Below, piece after piece: positions 34,751 through 45,481 of a stretch of 64,000 bases of DNA. The stretch is from an uncultured Verrucomicrobiae bacterium (GTDB lineage Bacteria > Verrucomicrobiota > Verrucomicrobiia > Limisphaerales > UBA11358), in the NCBI GenBank assembly GCA_963738225.1, contig CAVTVR010000011.1, forward strand, positions 131,868-195,867, written 5' to 3'. The translations under genes and the position numbers were made by a program. A model generated the notes under the pieces. That model saw only the letters and a list, made by a program, of their open reading frames with translations, did no database searches and was not told where the DNA came from. The first letter of the stretch is position 1. The number at the start of each line of letters is the position of its first letter.

Positions 34751-34920
34751 GTCGCCAGTTGCCGTTTGACTTCCTCGTGCGGGACTGTTTCGCCGCGCTC
34801 GATTTGGTCAAGACCCTTGCGAATCGCCGCCAGAAATTCCATTCGGTCGGCGATGACATCCAGGCTGGCGTTTTCCGGCAAACGCTCAATTGAATCCAAA
34901 GCCAATTGTTTGTCACTCAT
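34735..34920 (-). CDS. Antitoxin (cognate of RelE/ParE)
   Basis: 61 aa, overlaps the toxin start, IRKGLDQIERGETVPHEEVK motif. Confidence 0.85.
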   Translation of the reverse strand: MSDKQLALDSIERLPENASLDVIADRMEFLAAIRKGLDQIERGETVPHEEVKRQLATWLSK

Positions 34921-34970
34921 GTCAAAAAGATTACACCAATGATTTTTTGGCGCAACAAGGCTTTCACGCG

Positions 34971-35114
34971 CGGAGCGCAGATTTTCAATCGGCTTTGGCG
35001 TGAAAGCATTGGTTCAATCCTAGGCTGACACTTTTCAGGATATTTGTCGCGCGAAGAACACGAAGAACGCGAAGGAATTTTTTGACCTTCGCCGCCTTCG
35101 CAGCCTTCGCGCGA
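34971..35114. repeat. Family-B half repeat plus GAAG/CTTC nonamer palindrome
   Basis: CGGAGCGCAGATTTTCAATCGGCTTTGGCG (34971-35000) nearly equals 35604-35633. TCGCGCGAAGAACACGAAG...CTTCGCAGCCTTCGCGCGA at 35047-35114. Confidence 0.7.
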
Positions 35115-35130
35115 AACTCTTTGGTTGCAG

Positions 35131-35603
35131 TCACTCCGCCGGCAAAATCGGCTGGAAGCGCCAGATGTTCCACGCGCCGCCGCGATTGGAGCGGAAATAC
35201 ACCGTCTTGCCATCGTGATCCCAGCACGGGCTGTCGTCGCGAGACCCGTTCGTCGTCAATTGCGTCCGCTGGCTGCCGTTGGCCGTCATCAGCCAGATGT
35301 CGTCGTTGCGATTGTTGTGCGAGTCAAACCCTTCATCCGACGCATACACAATCCATTTGCCGTCCGGCGACCAGCGCGCGTCAATGATGTCGTAGTCCGT
35401 GTTTTGGGTCAGTTGGGTTTCGCTCGCGCCGTCAATGCTCATCACCCACAACTGGTGCCGCTTGGAAAGCTTGTCCTGCCGCACGAACAAAATGCGCTTC
35501 CCGTCCGGCGAAACCCTCGGCGTTTCCCCCTCGCGCAACTGCGTCTGCAGATTGTTGTCCCGCGACAGCGACCAAATCTGCGGCTCCTCCGCGCCGGGCG
35601 GGA
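35131..35603 (-). pseudogene. TolB-like PD40 beta-propeller C-terminal fragment
   Basis: SPDGK repeats and RSNRGGAWNIW. The coding-like frame runs up to ~35600, where a family-B repeat begins; no N-terminus. Confidence 0.75.
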
Positions 35604-35824
35604 CGGAGCGCCGATTTTCAATCGGCTTTGGCGCGTCATTAAATCAAAAGCCGGCTGCAAGCCGGCGCTCCGGCGCGTTGCTGATGGCACCGCCGCCGAA
35701 CAGTTTTTTAACACAAAGACGCCAAGACGCAAAGCTTGGTAGCAGCGAGGTGATGAGGCTCGAACTGCAAAATCGGAAATCGAAAATCGAAAATTGATTA
35801 GAGCCTCCTGACGTCGATTGCTAC
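35604..35824. repeat. Stack of repeats: family-B IR, GTAGC-type REP pair, AAATCGR heptamers
   Basis: 35604-35672 CGGAGCGCC..GGCGCTCCG; 35739-35761 GTAGCAGCGAGGTGATGAGGCTC inverted with 35801-35824; AAATCGG/AAATCGA/AAATCGA in between. Confidence 0.75.
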
Positions 35825-35833
35825 GATGTGATT

Positions 35834-37303
35834 TCACGGCGTTGCGAGCCGATAAAAGCTATTGCTGCCGGACATCGGCAGGAAAACTTGATTCTGCAAA
35901 TTGGTCAAATTGAGAATGGGTGTGTTCGTCACGTCCGTCCAATTCGCAGTGGTCAAATCCGAATTCTGCTGTAACACGAGATTGGCCGAGGGCATGAGCC
36001 ATGACAGGGCAAGTTTATTTGAAGCCGCAATATTTAAAGCAGGTGGCGCAGTAAACTTCGAGATGTAAATGCCTCCATTCGCTCCCGCTATCAATTCGTT
36101 TCCATCTGCAGACGACGCGAGGCAATTCCAACTCAGATACGGCGCGCTGGCCTCGGCCCAGGTGTTCCCCGCGTCCCCCGATACGCAGATATTTCCAGAA
36201 CTTAAAACCGCCAGTCTGGTGCAATCGGCCGATGAAACAAGGCCGAATGCATACTGCATCCAGGCCGGACTGGGATAACTCACATTGACGCCCATCCAAT
36301 AGTCAACCGACTTCACTTTATCCCCGGACGCCGACAAAACCACGCTAATGAGAAACGAATCGTCCGGGACACCAACAAACTCATTCCAGTTAATCCCAGA
36401 ATTGGTTGAAACATAAATATAAGTATAATAAGGCGCGAGCACATGAAAAATCCCAGAGTAAGCAGCACCGGCCAGAGTTATTCCATCGGCGCTCGAAGCT
36501 TCGGATGTCCAAGTTAAGTTATATCCATCAGCGACAATGGGCGCACTTGTCTGGACCCACGTTACGCCTGCATTGGCCGAAGTATAAACGTGATTGAAAC
36601 CTGACGCGACCAGTCTATTTCCATCCGCCGAAGAAACGAGATAGCCAAATATGGTTGGGGTGTTGTTGGATGTCCAGGTTCCGCCCGAATTGGTTGAGGT
36701 GTAAATCATGCTCCCGGCGATGGCGGCCAACTTGGTTCCATCCGTCGAAGAAACAATACCATTCCAGTTCGTATTGGGCGCGCTGGTTTGCATCCAAGTG
36801 TCACCCGAATTCGTAGAAATCCAGATGCCGCCGCCGGAACTTTCGGCCACAATTTTGGTTCCATCGGCTGAACAAGCGATACCGTTCCAATTTAAATTAG
36901 TTGCACTGGTTTGGACAAAGACCGGCACGGTCGTGAAACTGAAGATGCTCGACCAATTGCCGTAGGTCGAACCTGGCCCTCTGCCGCGCACTCTCCAGTA
37001 ATACGTCGTTCCCCCATTGAGCACCGTTGAGGGTGTGTCCGAAGTGTTGTTTGCGACCTCAAAAATGACACAGCCCGGACCGGTGGAGGCCGTCGGGTCG
37101 GTCGGCAGCGTTGCGCTGCTGGTTGCTACCGCAAGGTAATAGCCCGCAGTGACCCCAGACACCGCACTCCAACTATAGGTCGGGGTCGTCGAAACACCCG
37201 TCGCTCCGTTGGCCGGGTTGCTCAAGTTCGGTGCAGGAAGGTTTGCCGCTTCAGTTTGCAGACACGCAAATGTGACTAACAGACAGAAAATGATTGATTT
37301 CAT
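35834..37303 (-). CDS. Secreted protein: FN3-like + BNR/Asp-box-like (SADG..; STNSG.TW) propeller + C-terminal domain
   Basis: Signal peptide, TYYWRVRG, repeated SADG/STNSGxxW, ends QQNSDL..NW...SFYRLATP. Confidence 0.85.
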   Translation of the reverse strand: MKSIIFCLLVTFACLQTEAANLPAPNLSNPANGATGVSTTPTYSWSAVSGVTAGYYLAVATSSATLPTDPTASTGPGCVIFEVANNTSDTPSTVLNGGTTYYWRVRGRGPGSTYGNWSSIFSFTTVPVFVQTSATNLNWNGIACSADGTKIVAESSGGGIWISTNSGDTWMQTSAPNTNWNGIVSSTDGTKLAAIAGSMIYTSTNSGGTWTSNNTPTIFGYLVSSADGNRLVASGFNHVYTSANAGVTWVQTSAPIVADGYNLTWTSEASSADGITLAGAAYSGIFHVLAPYYTYIYVSTNSGINWNEFVGVPDDSFLISVVLSASGDKVKSVDYWMGVNVSYPSPAWMQYAFGLVSSADCTRLAVLSSGNICVSGDAGNTWAEASAPYLSWNCLASSADGNELIAGANGGIYISKFTAPPALNIAASNKLALSWLMPSANLVLQQNSDLTTANWTDVTNTPILNLTNLQNQVFLPMSGSNSFYRLATP

Positions 37304-37310
37304 AGATGGC

Positions 37311-38021
37311 TTATTTCGTCGGTGGTGTGGGTTGCGGCGGAGCCGGCGGCGCGGGCGGCGTGTGGTTGTCCGGCGGGAAAGTGTTCAATCGGAATTCGTC
37401 GCGGGCGGCGGCGTTGGCCGGGTCGGTGGCCGGGAATTGCAAGTCGGCGGCGTTTTGAATGGTCAAAAGATGTTCGTAAAAGTCGGCGGCATCGGCGTCT
37501 TTCAAGGCGGTCGCTTTTTGGGCGTCGCTCTGGCCGGATTGCCGGGTCTGGGTGCTGGCGGGGAAGGTGCCGCGCACGGTGGTGAAGGCCGTGGTCTCGG
37601 CATCGGTCCAGCCTTTGAGTTTGAGCGCGGCCAGGTTGGTTTGCACGGCGGCCAGAATGATGTCGGCCCGGCTCAAGACGGAGCCGAGGTCGTTGGCATG
37701 GTGCGCGCCGATCTGAAATTCCTGATGCAGCTTCACGGTCTGGTGGGTGAAGGCCAGCTTGGCGGTGGCGCGCGCCTGGTTCATGCAGTGCAGCAACCGA
37801 TCCAGATTGGCCTGCTGCGCCGAGGTGAGGTTGCCGGTTTCGCCCTTGGCGATTTTCTGGCCGGTCACGTCGGCGGGGATTTTGGCGAGCAACGCGGTGG
37901 TGTCGGCCAGGTAGCCGGCGGGCAGCCGGGCGGCGACATCGGGATATTTGTGCGCGGCGGCGGCGATGAGGTTGCCATTGTAAGCCAAGGTGGCGATGGG
38001 GAAGTGCGGGCGATGATTCAT
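37311..38021 (-). CDS. Hypothetical all-helical protein with Pro-rich tail
   Basis: 236-aa Ala-rich amphipathic ORF with strong host codon bias. Its stop is 7 bp from the next ATG. Confidence 0.8.
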   Translation of the reverse strand: MNHRPHFPIATLAYNGNLIAAAAHKYPDVAARLPAGYLADTTALLAKIPADVTGQKIAKGETGNLTSAQQANLDRLLHCMNQARATAKLAFTHQTVKLHQEFQIGAHHANDLGSVLSRADIILAAVQTNLAALKLKGWTDAETTAFTTVRGTFPASTQTRQSGQSDAQKATALKDADAADFYEHLLTIQNAADLQFPATDPANAAARDEFRLNTFPPDNHTPPAPPAPPQPTPPTK

Positions 38022-38025
38022 GTCA

Positions 38026-38208
38026 GTTGATGGTTGAGGGTTGAGGGTTGATAGTTAAAAAGACCCTCACCCCGTCCCTCTCCCATCCGATGGGAGAGGG
38101 TGTCCGACAGGACGGGTGAGGGTTTGGCCGCAGGTAGGGCGCGTCAGTCCTCTGCGCGCCGGGGCTGGGTTGCCGGGGAACGGCGCGCACGGAGTGACGC
38201 GCCCTACC
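38026..38208. repeat. Stack: GGTTGAG heptamers, ACCCTCACC palindrome, GTAG REP variant
   Basis: 38026-38056 heptamers; 38063-38123 ACCCTCACCCCGTCCCTCTCCCATCCGATGGGAGAGGG..GGGTGAGGGT; 38133-38208 GGTAGGGCGCGTCA..TGACGCGCCCTACC. Confidence 0.75.
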
Positions 38209-38232
38209 ATATTTTGCCTGGAATGCCATAAA

Positions 38233-38500
38233 ACTCTTGCCGGCAGAGGCTTGTGAAACGCGGCAGGCGGAGGCAAATTCGCGGCAGGAACATTCAAATA
38301 GCGGGCAAAGGCGGAAAAATTGGAGGCAAAAAGATTCCAAAACGCGGCGGAATGAGTCAAATTGGCGGCAGGCCTTGCCACGGCGCGGCAAGACCAGCCA
38401 GATTCGCGGCAGAGGATTTTCAATTCGCGGCAGTGGGAAACGAATTGCGAGCGTCGCTTCAGGATTCGCGGCAGCCGTCGCCGAAACGCGGATTGCGCCA
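38233..38500. repeat. 20/21-bp phased degenerate array, 13 units, consensus caaattcgCGGCAG + 6-7 variable nt
   Basis: Core starts at 38241, 38261, 38282, 38303, 38324, 38345, 38366, 38386, 38407, 38428, 38449, 38469 and 38489. Confidence 0.85.
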
Positions 38501-38723
38501 GAGGGAGGGCGATTTTTGACGACAGTAACCCCCGCACTGTTATCCATTGCCCAGTTGCGCCAAACCTTCTGAATGTCCCCAACTTCCTCATGGCTTATGC
38601 GAATGATTTATTGATAACGACGATAAAAAAGTCAAGCGCATAGCTCATAATGACAATCAAAGTCGAAAGAATGACAAGAAACGGTGAGTTTGCCGTTCAC
38701 AAACTATCAAGGTAGCAACGGTC

Positions 38724-39830
<1,107 letters not shown>

Positions 39831-39868
39831 TATTCAGCGAAGAATCCAGACGAATGACAAGATACAAG

Positions 39869-39957
39869 GGACAGCGCGCTGCGCTGTCCGGCGGTAAAGC
39901 GCCGGAATCATTGCGCCCGCGATACGGGCGCGGACGGCGCAGCGCGCCATCCCTACC
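39869..39957. repeat. Right part of the IS110-interrupted family-A REPIN
   Basis: GGACAGCGCGCTGCGCTGTCC...GGACGGCGCAGCGCGCCATCCCTACC. The left part is 38691-38715. Confidence 0.88.
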
Positions 39958-40049
39958 AAATTTAACACGACGTTTTCACGCGGACGCAGTGCTACCGGAT
40001 TGAGTTTGGTTTGACCGGCGGGCGTTTGATTGTTAAAAGATGGCTGTGA

Positions 40050-40796
<747 letters not shown>

Positions 40797-40798
40797 CC

Positions 40799-41650
40799 AT
40801 GCCCGAACTGCCGGAAGTCGAAGTGCTCGCCCGCCACCTGCGGCCTCTGCTCTGCGGGCGGACGATCCGGGAGATTGATGTCCGCCGCCCAAGAGTTTTG
40901 CAGCCGACTACGGTTGCCCGGTTCAAAAAAATTCTGCGCGGGGCAAAGTTTATCGGGCTTTCGCGGCGCGGAAAATACCTGCTCTTTGAACTGCGCCCAA
41001 AAAATTCCCGCGGAAAAATCAGCTTGCTCGGCCATCTGGGCATGACGGGCCGGATGTTTCTCGCGCACAAAAAGACGCCGCCGCCGAAACATGCCGCCGT
41101 GATTTTCGACCTCGGCGCCAGCAATTTCATTTACGAGGACACGCGCTATTTTGGCCGGCTGACCCTGGATTTGTCCTCGGTTGAAAAACTCGGCCCCGAA
41201 CCGCTGGACGAAAATTTCACGCCGGAAAATTTCGCGCGCGAATTGAAACGCTCACGCCAGCCGGTCAAAGTCAAATTGCTGGACCAATCGCTGGTCGCGG
41301 GCGTCGGCAATATTTATGCGAGCGAGGCCTTGTTTCGCGCCGGCATTTCGCCGCGCCGCGCCGCGAACCGGCTGACACCGGCGCAGGTGGAAAAGCTCTG
41401 GCGGGCCGTCCGCGACGTTTTGGCCGAAGCGATTGATCGCGGCAGCACGATGCCGCTGAATTTCAGCGCCGGCAAAACGGATGGACTGTTTTATTTTGGC
41501 CGCGCCGCCGGCGCGGAGGATTATTACGCCGAGCGATTGCGCGTCTATGATCGTGGCGGGAAACCCTGTTTAAATTGCCGGTCGCCCATCCGACGGATCG
41601 TGCAGGCGGCGCGCAGCACGTTTTTTTGTCCGCGCTGCCAAAAGGCCTGA
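40799..41650 (+). CDS. mutM: Formamidopyrimidine-DNA glycosylase
   Basis: MPELPEVE, RRGKYL, HLGMTG, GVGNIYASE, C-terminal Zn finger. Confidence 0.97.
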   Translation: MPELPEVEVLARHLRPLLCGRTIREIDVRRPRVLQPTTVARFKKILRGAKFIGLSRRGKYLLFELRPKNSRGKISLLGHLGMTGRMFLAHKKTPPPKHAAVIFDLGASNFIYEDTRYFGRLTLDLSSVEKLGPEPLDENFTPENFARELKRSRQPVKVKLLDQSLVAGVGNIYASEALFRAGISPRRAANRLTPAQVEKLWRAVRDVLAEAIDRGSTMPLNFSAGKTDGLFYFGRAAGAEDYYAERLRVYDRGGKPCLNCRSPIRRIVQAARSTFFCPRCQKA

Positions 41651-41704
41651 CGAATGAAATTGACGCGCGGAGTGATGGTTTGTAAATTACGCGCCCATTT
41701 GCGT

Positions 41705-41779
41705 TCCAGAGTAGCTCAATGGTAGAGCGCGCGGCTGTTAACCGCGAAGTTGTAGGTTCGAGCCCTACCTCTGGAGCCA
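41705..41779 (+). tRNA. tRNA-Asn(GTT)
   Basis: TCCAGAG/CTCTGGA acceptor stem, anticodon loop CTGTTAA, TTCGA, CCA end. Confidence 0.97.
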
Positions 41780-41839
41780 ACTTTCAAAATCGTTGGTGAA
41801 CAACGATAGCTTCAAAAAGCGCGGAAGGGAAAACCCAGC

Positions 41840-41867
41840 TTGACAATTGGTAGCGTTTTGCTACTTT
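41840..41867 (+). promoter_or_regulatory. TA promoter with overlapping palindromic operator
   Basis: TTGACA-N16-TACTTT; GTAGC-GTTTT-GCTAC inverted repeat at 41850-41864. Confidence 0.6.
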
Positions 41868-41873
41868 TTAAGT

Positions 41874-42284
41874 ATGAGTCAACCAGTTAAAGTTTCGGAT
41901 GCGTTGCTGCTGGATGCCCGATTTGCGGGCGAGATGGTGGAAAGGTCCATTGCCGGGCAGATTGAGTTTTGGGCGAAAATCGGGCGCGCGCTCGAACCGT
42001 TGTTGCGCGGAGATCATCTGCTGGCTCTGTGCCGGGCTGGTAACGTCAAACCACTTTCCGCTTGTTTGAAATCGGTGGATTCTCCGGCAGGCAGGCAGCG
42101 GGTGGTTGAATATCTGAAAACCAGGCCGTATCCACATTACGAAACCGTTGCCACGTCGCCGGGTTTGCTGGTGCAAATTGAGGCTGATGGCAAGCGCTCG
42201 GTGGGACGGTTCGTCAACCGGCGGTTCCAGCCCGTTAAAACATCCGCGAAGAAAAAGACGAAGCGTGAATTAGCGCACGCCTGA
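41874..42284 (+). CDS. ParD-like (RHH) antitoxin
   Basis: MSQPVKVSDALL..AR..G....RSIAGQIEFWAKIGR. Confidence 0.8.
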   Translation: MSQPVKVSDALLLDARFAGEMVERSIAGQIEFWAKIGRALEPLLRGDHLLALCRAGNVKPLSACLKSVDSPAGRQRVVEYLKTRPYPHYETVATSPGLLVQIEADGKRSVGRFVNRRFQPVKTSAKKKTKRELAHA

Positions 42285-42286
42285 AG

Positions 42287-42904
42287 GTGAAAAAGTCATC
42301 GTCGAAATCTTCCGACTCGTGGAACATTCCCGATTTGGACAAACGTCCAATTATCGTCGTTTTGGCCGGCCCGAATGGAGCAGGGAAAACCACATTTTAC
42401 GAAGCACATCTAAAAGCCGGCGGCTTGCGTTTTCTCAATGCTGATATCTTGGCCGGAGAATTGGGAATTGATGCTTATCAAGCGGCGGAAGTTACCGCTA
42501 AATTGAGACAGGAATTTGTGAATCAGGGCGAAAGTTTCGTTTTTGAAACAGTCTTTTCCGATCCGGTCGGCGACAAACTGACTTTTCTGAAACAAGCGGC
42601 GCAACAGGGTTACACGGTTGTCATGTGTTTCATTGGCTTGTCCGATTCCGACCGCTCCGAAGAACGGGTTGCCATGCGTGTCACCCAGGGTGGACACGAT
42701 GTGCCGACCGACAAATTAACCGCGCGGTTTCCGCGCACCATGACCAATCTCAAACAAGCGATTCAAGAACTTCCCTGCGTTTTCATCTTTGACAACGACG
42801 ACTTGCGAATGCCATTCCGACTGGCGGCAATTTTTCAGAATGGACGACGGACATTTTTGGCAAAATCAATTCCGAACTGGCTTGAGCCAGTGCTTCGAAA
42901 ATAA
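42287..42904 (+). CDS. Zeta-toxin-like P-loop NTPase/kinase
   Basis: AGPNGAGKTT, NAD, FETVFS, RVAMRV.QGGHDVP, FDN. Confidence 0.88.
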   Translation: MKKSSSKSSDSWNIPDLDKRPIIVVLAGPNGAGKTTFYEAHLKAGGLRFLNADILAGELGIDAYQAAEVTAKLRQEFVNQGESFVFETVFSDPVGDKLTFLKQAAQQGYTVVMCFIGLSDSDRSEERVAMRVTQGGHDVPTDKLTARFPRTMTNLKQAIQELPCVFIFDNDDLRMPFRLAAIFQNGRRTFLAKSIPNWLEPVLRK

Positions 42905-42949
42905 TTAAGCGCAAATGAAGGCGGAAATGGCGGCCCGATCCCCGCGAAT

Positions 42950-43669
42950 TCATTTTGGTTTTTCCCCGTAATTGATGGCCATCGCGCCGCCGAGCAGATT
43001 GCGGACACGAACGTTGGTCAGTTCGAGTTGGCGCATTTTTTCCGCCACGGCCAGTTGCGCCGGATAATGTTTCAGCGATTCCAAAATGTAGGCGTAGGCC
43101 GACGCGTTGCCGCAGAACAGCAGTCCGATGAGCGGCACGGACATTTTTAAATGGGCGAAATAAATCATCCGCCACACGGCGTTCGCCGGCTTGCCAAAAT
43201 CGAGCACGATCAGCCGCGCGCCGGGCCGGGCGACCCGGTGCATCTCCTCCAGTCCGTGCTGCCAGCTCGACAGGTTGCGCAAGCCGTATCCGATGGTCAC
43301 AATCTCAAAAGTGCCGTCGGCAAAGGGCAATTGCTGTGCGTCACCCTGAATGAAGTTGGGAGCCGGGCATTTGAGCTTCAGACTTCTGGCTTTGGCGACT
43401 GCGAGCATTTGAGCGCTGAAGTCGAGGCCGGTCGTTTCCGCGCCGCGCTGCGCGAGCGCAAAGGAAATGTCACCGGTGCCACAGCACAGATCCAGCGCGC
43501 GGACACCGGGCGAAACTCGGGCCAGTTCCGCAACCCGACGTTTCCAATTTCGATGCAATCCGAAACTCTGGAGGTCGTTGATGAGGTCGTAGCGACGGGC
43601 GATGCGGGCAAAGAGATCATTGACCTTTGCGGCGCGCGCTTCGCCGGGCGCGTAAAAAACATTGCTCAC
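42950..43669 (-). CDS. ubiE: Ubiquinone/menaquinone C-methyltransferase
   Basis: F..IA.RYDL.ND..SFG.H..W, LDLCCGTGD, GYGLRN, Y.Y..ES. Confidence 0.92.
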   Translation of the reverse strand: MSNVFYAPGEARAAKVNDLFARIARRYDLINDLQSFGLHRNWKRRVAELARVSPGVRALDLCCGTGDISFALAQRGAETTGLDFSAQMLAVAKARSLKLKCPAPNFIQGDAQQLPFADGTFEIVTIGYGLRNLSSWQHGLEEMHRVARPGARLIVLDFGKPANAVWRMIYFAHLKMSVPLIGLLFCGNASAYAYILESLKHYPAQLAVAEKMRQLELTNVRVRNLLGGAMAINYGEKPK

Positions 43670-43799
43670 ACGCCGAGTTTAACGGTTGTGCCTGCGCGAG
43701 GCAAAGGGTAGAAATTTATTTTGCGGCTGGCAGGAGTTATGCTATTGTTTCAGCCGTAAATCAAAACGACTTGATGCGATTCATGTTGGCGAATTATTT

Positions 43800-44225
43800 A
43801 TGAACCCCGCCCCTCCCAGCACGACTGCCAAAACAATTTTGGTGGTGGACGACAATGACGTCATCCTCCAGTCCATCGTCTTGAAATTGGAGGGTGCGGG
43901 TTATCGGGTGATCACCGCCAAGGACGGTTCCGAAGCCGTGGCGCTGGCGCGCAAGGAAATTCCGGACATGATCCTGCTGGATCTCAGTTTTCCGCCGGAC
44001 GTGGGCGGCGTGCCCTGGGATGGTTTTCGGATCATGGAATGGTTTAACCGGCTGGACTCATCCAAGAAAAACCCCATCATCGTCATCACCGGCAGCGAAG
44101 AGCCGAAAATCAAAGAACGCGCCTCGGCGGCGGGAGCGGTGGCGTTTTTTCAGAAACCGCTGGAACACGATCACCTGCTGAAAGTCGTCCGCGCCACACT
44201 GGGCGAGGGTCCCAAGCCGTCGTAA
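43800..44225 (+). CDS. Single-domain response regulator
   Basis: ILVVDD, ILLD, ITG, KP. Confidence 0.88.
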   Translation: MNPAPPSTTAKTILVVDDNDVILQSIVLKLEGAGYRVITAKDGSEAVALARKEIPDMILLDLSFPPDVGGVPWDGFRIMEWFNRLDSSKKNPIIVITGSEEPKIKERASAAGAVAFFQKPLEHDHLLKVVRATLGEGPKPS

Positions 44226-44275
44226 ATTCGGCTTGCCAGCCGCCCCGGTTGGCTTATTATTCCAACACTTCGGAC

Positions 44276-44351
44276 GCGAGCGTAGCTCAGTTGGTAGAGC
44301 ATCACCTTGCCAAGGTGAACGTCGAGGGTTCAAATCCCTTCGCTCGCTCCA
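44276..44351 (+). tRNA. tRNA-Gly(GCC)
   Basis: GCGAGCG/CGCTCGC stem, TTGCCAA loop, TCCA end. Confidence 0.97.
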
Positions 44352-44373
44352 CTTTTTATAATTAAGCAAGGCT

Positions 44374-44450
44374 GCACCCATAGCTCAATTGGATAGAGCG
44401 GCTGACTACGGATCAGCAGGTTTGAGGTTCAACTCCTCATGGGTGCACCA
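44374..44450 (+). tRNA. tRNA-Arg(ACG)
   Basis: GCACCCA/TGGGTGC stem, CTACGGA loop, ACCA end. Confidence 0.97.
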
Positions 44451-44506
44451 TTTCTAAATGCACAACTCTCCGCGACAGCCAGCGACGGAACGCCAAAGGT
44501 TGACCC

Positions 44507-45481
44507 TCATCCGCCGATGGCGGTCATAACGCGCAGTGGCCGGTAGTTGTCGCGGAAGGAATGTTCCGCCGGCTTCTGGCCCAGGGTTTTTTGGAACAGC
44601 ATGAAAAGATTTTCGTCGTTGATTTGCGGGCGCAATGCCGGTTTCAAGTCCGTCTCCAGATGGTCGCCCAGACAGGGCCGCAACTTGCCGTCGCTGGTGA
44701 GCCGGATCTTGTTGCAGCTTTCGCAGAAATCCAGATTCGTCAGCGCGCCGATGAAGCCGACCAGCGCGCCGGTCCGTTCCAGCAAATAATATCGCGCCGG
44801 GCCGTGGCCTTCGCGCCGGTCCGGTTGCGGCAGCAAATTGTCTTTTTCACGCAGTTGTTGCATCACCTCGCCGACCGGCAGGAAGTTTTTCTCCGTCAAA
44901 ACATCCGTCCGGCTTAACGGCATCAGTTCGATGAAACGCAGCGGCAGCCCGCGTTCTGCTGCGAACAGCGCCAGCGGCCAGATTTCCGATTCATTTTTTC
45001 CGCGCATCAGGACGCAGTTCAACTTCACGCGCTCAAAACCCGCCGCGACCGCGGCGCGAACGCCGGCCAGCACATCGGCCACATTGCCGCCGGTGACGCT
45101 CCGGTAAAGTTCGGGATTCAGCGCGTCAAGACTCACGTTCACGGTGCGGACACCGGCATCGCGCAACGGTTGTGCGAGCGCGGCCAGTTTCGTTCCGTTC
45201 GTCGAAAGCCCGATGGTTTCCACGCCGGGAATTTTTTCCATGCCGCGCGCGATTTCCACCAAATCGCCGCGCACCAACGGCTCGCCGCCGGTCAATCGGA
45301 ATTTGCGGAAGCCAAGTCCGGCCGCCGCGCGCACGATGCGGATGATTTCCTCCGCCGACAAATGTTCCTCGCGGCGCTCCCAGCCCTTGTAGCCTTCCGG
45401 CATGCAATAGAGGCAACGCTCGTTGCACCGGTCCGTCACCGAGATGCGCAGGTAATCAATTTTGCGTCCGAATGAATCCAT
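44507..45481 (-). CDS. moaA: GTP 3',8-cyclase
   Basis: YLRISVTDRCNERCLYCMP, FCESCN..RL...G.L.PCL, C-terminal IGG. Confidence 0.97.
   Translation of the reverse strand: MDSFGRKIDYLRISVTDRCNERCLYCMPEGYKGWERREEHLSAEEIIRIVRAAAGLGFRKFRLTGGEPLVRGDLVEIARGMEKIPGVETIGLSTNGTKLAALAQPLRDAGVRTVNVSLDALNPELYRSVTGGNVADVLAGVRAAVAAGFERVKLNCVLMRGKNESEIWPLALFAAERGLPLRFIELMPLSRTDVLTEKNFLPVGEVMQQLREKDNLLPQPDRREGHGPARYYLLERTGALVGFIGALTNLDFCESCNKIRLTSDGKLRPCLGDHLETDLKPALRPQINDENLFMLFQKTLGQKPAEHSFRDNYRPLRVMTAIGG

Noticed and set aside
38233-38500. CRISPR array interpretation of the 20/21-bp array
   Set aside because: The repeats are degenerate, the spacers are only 6-7 nt, and there are no cas genes.
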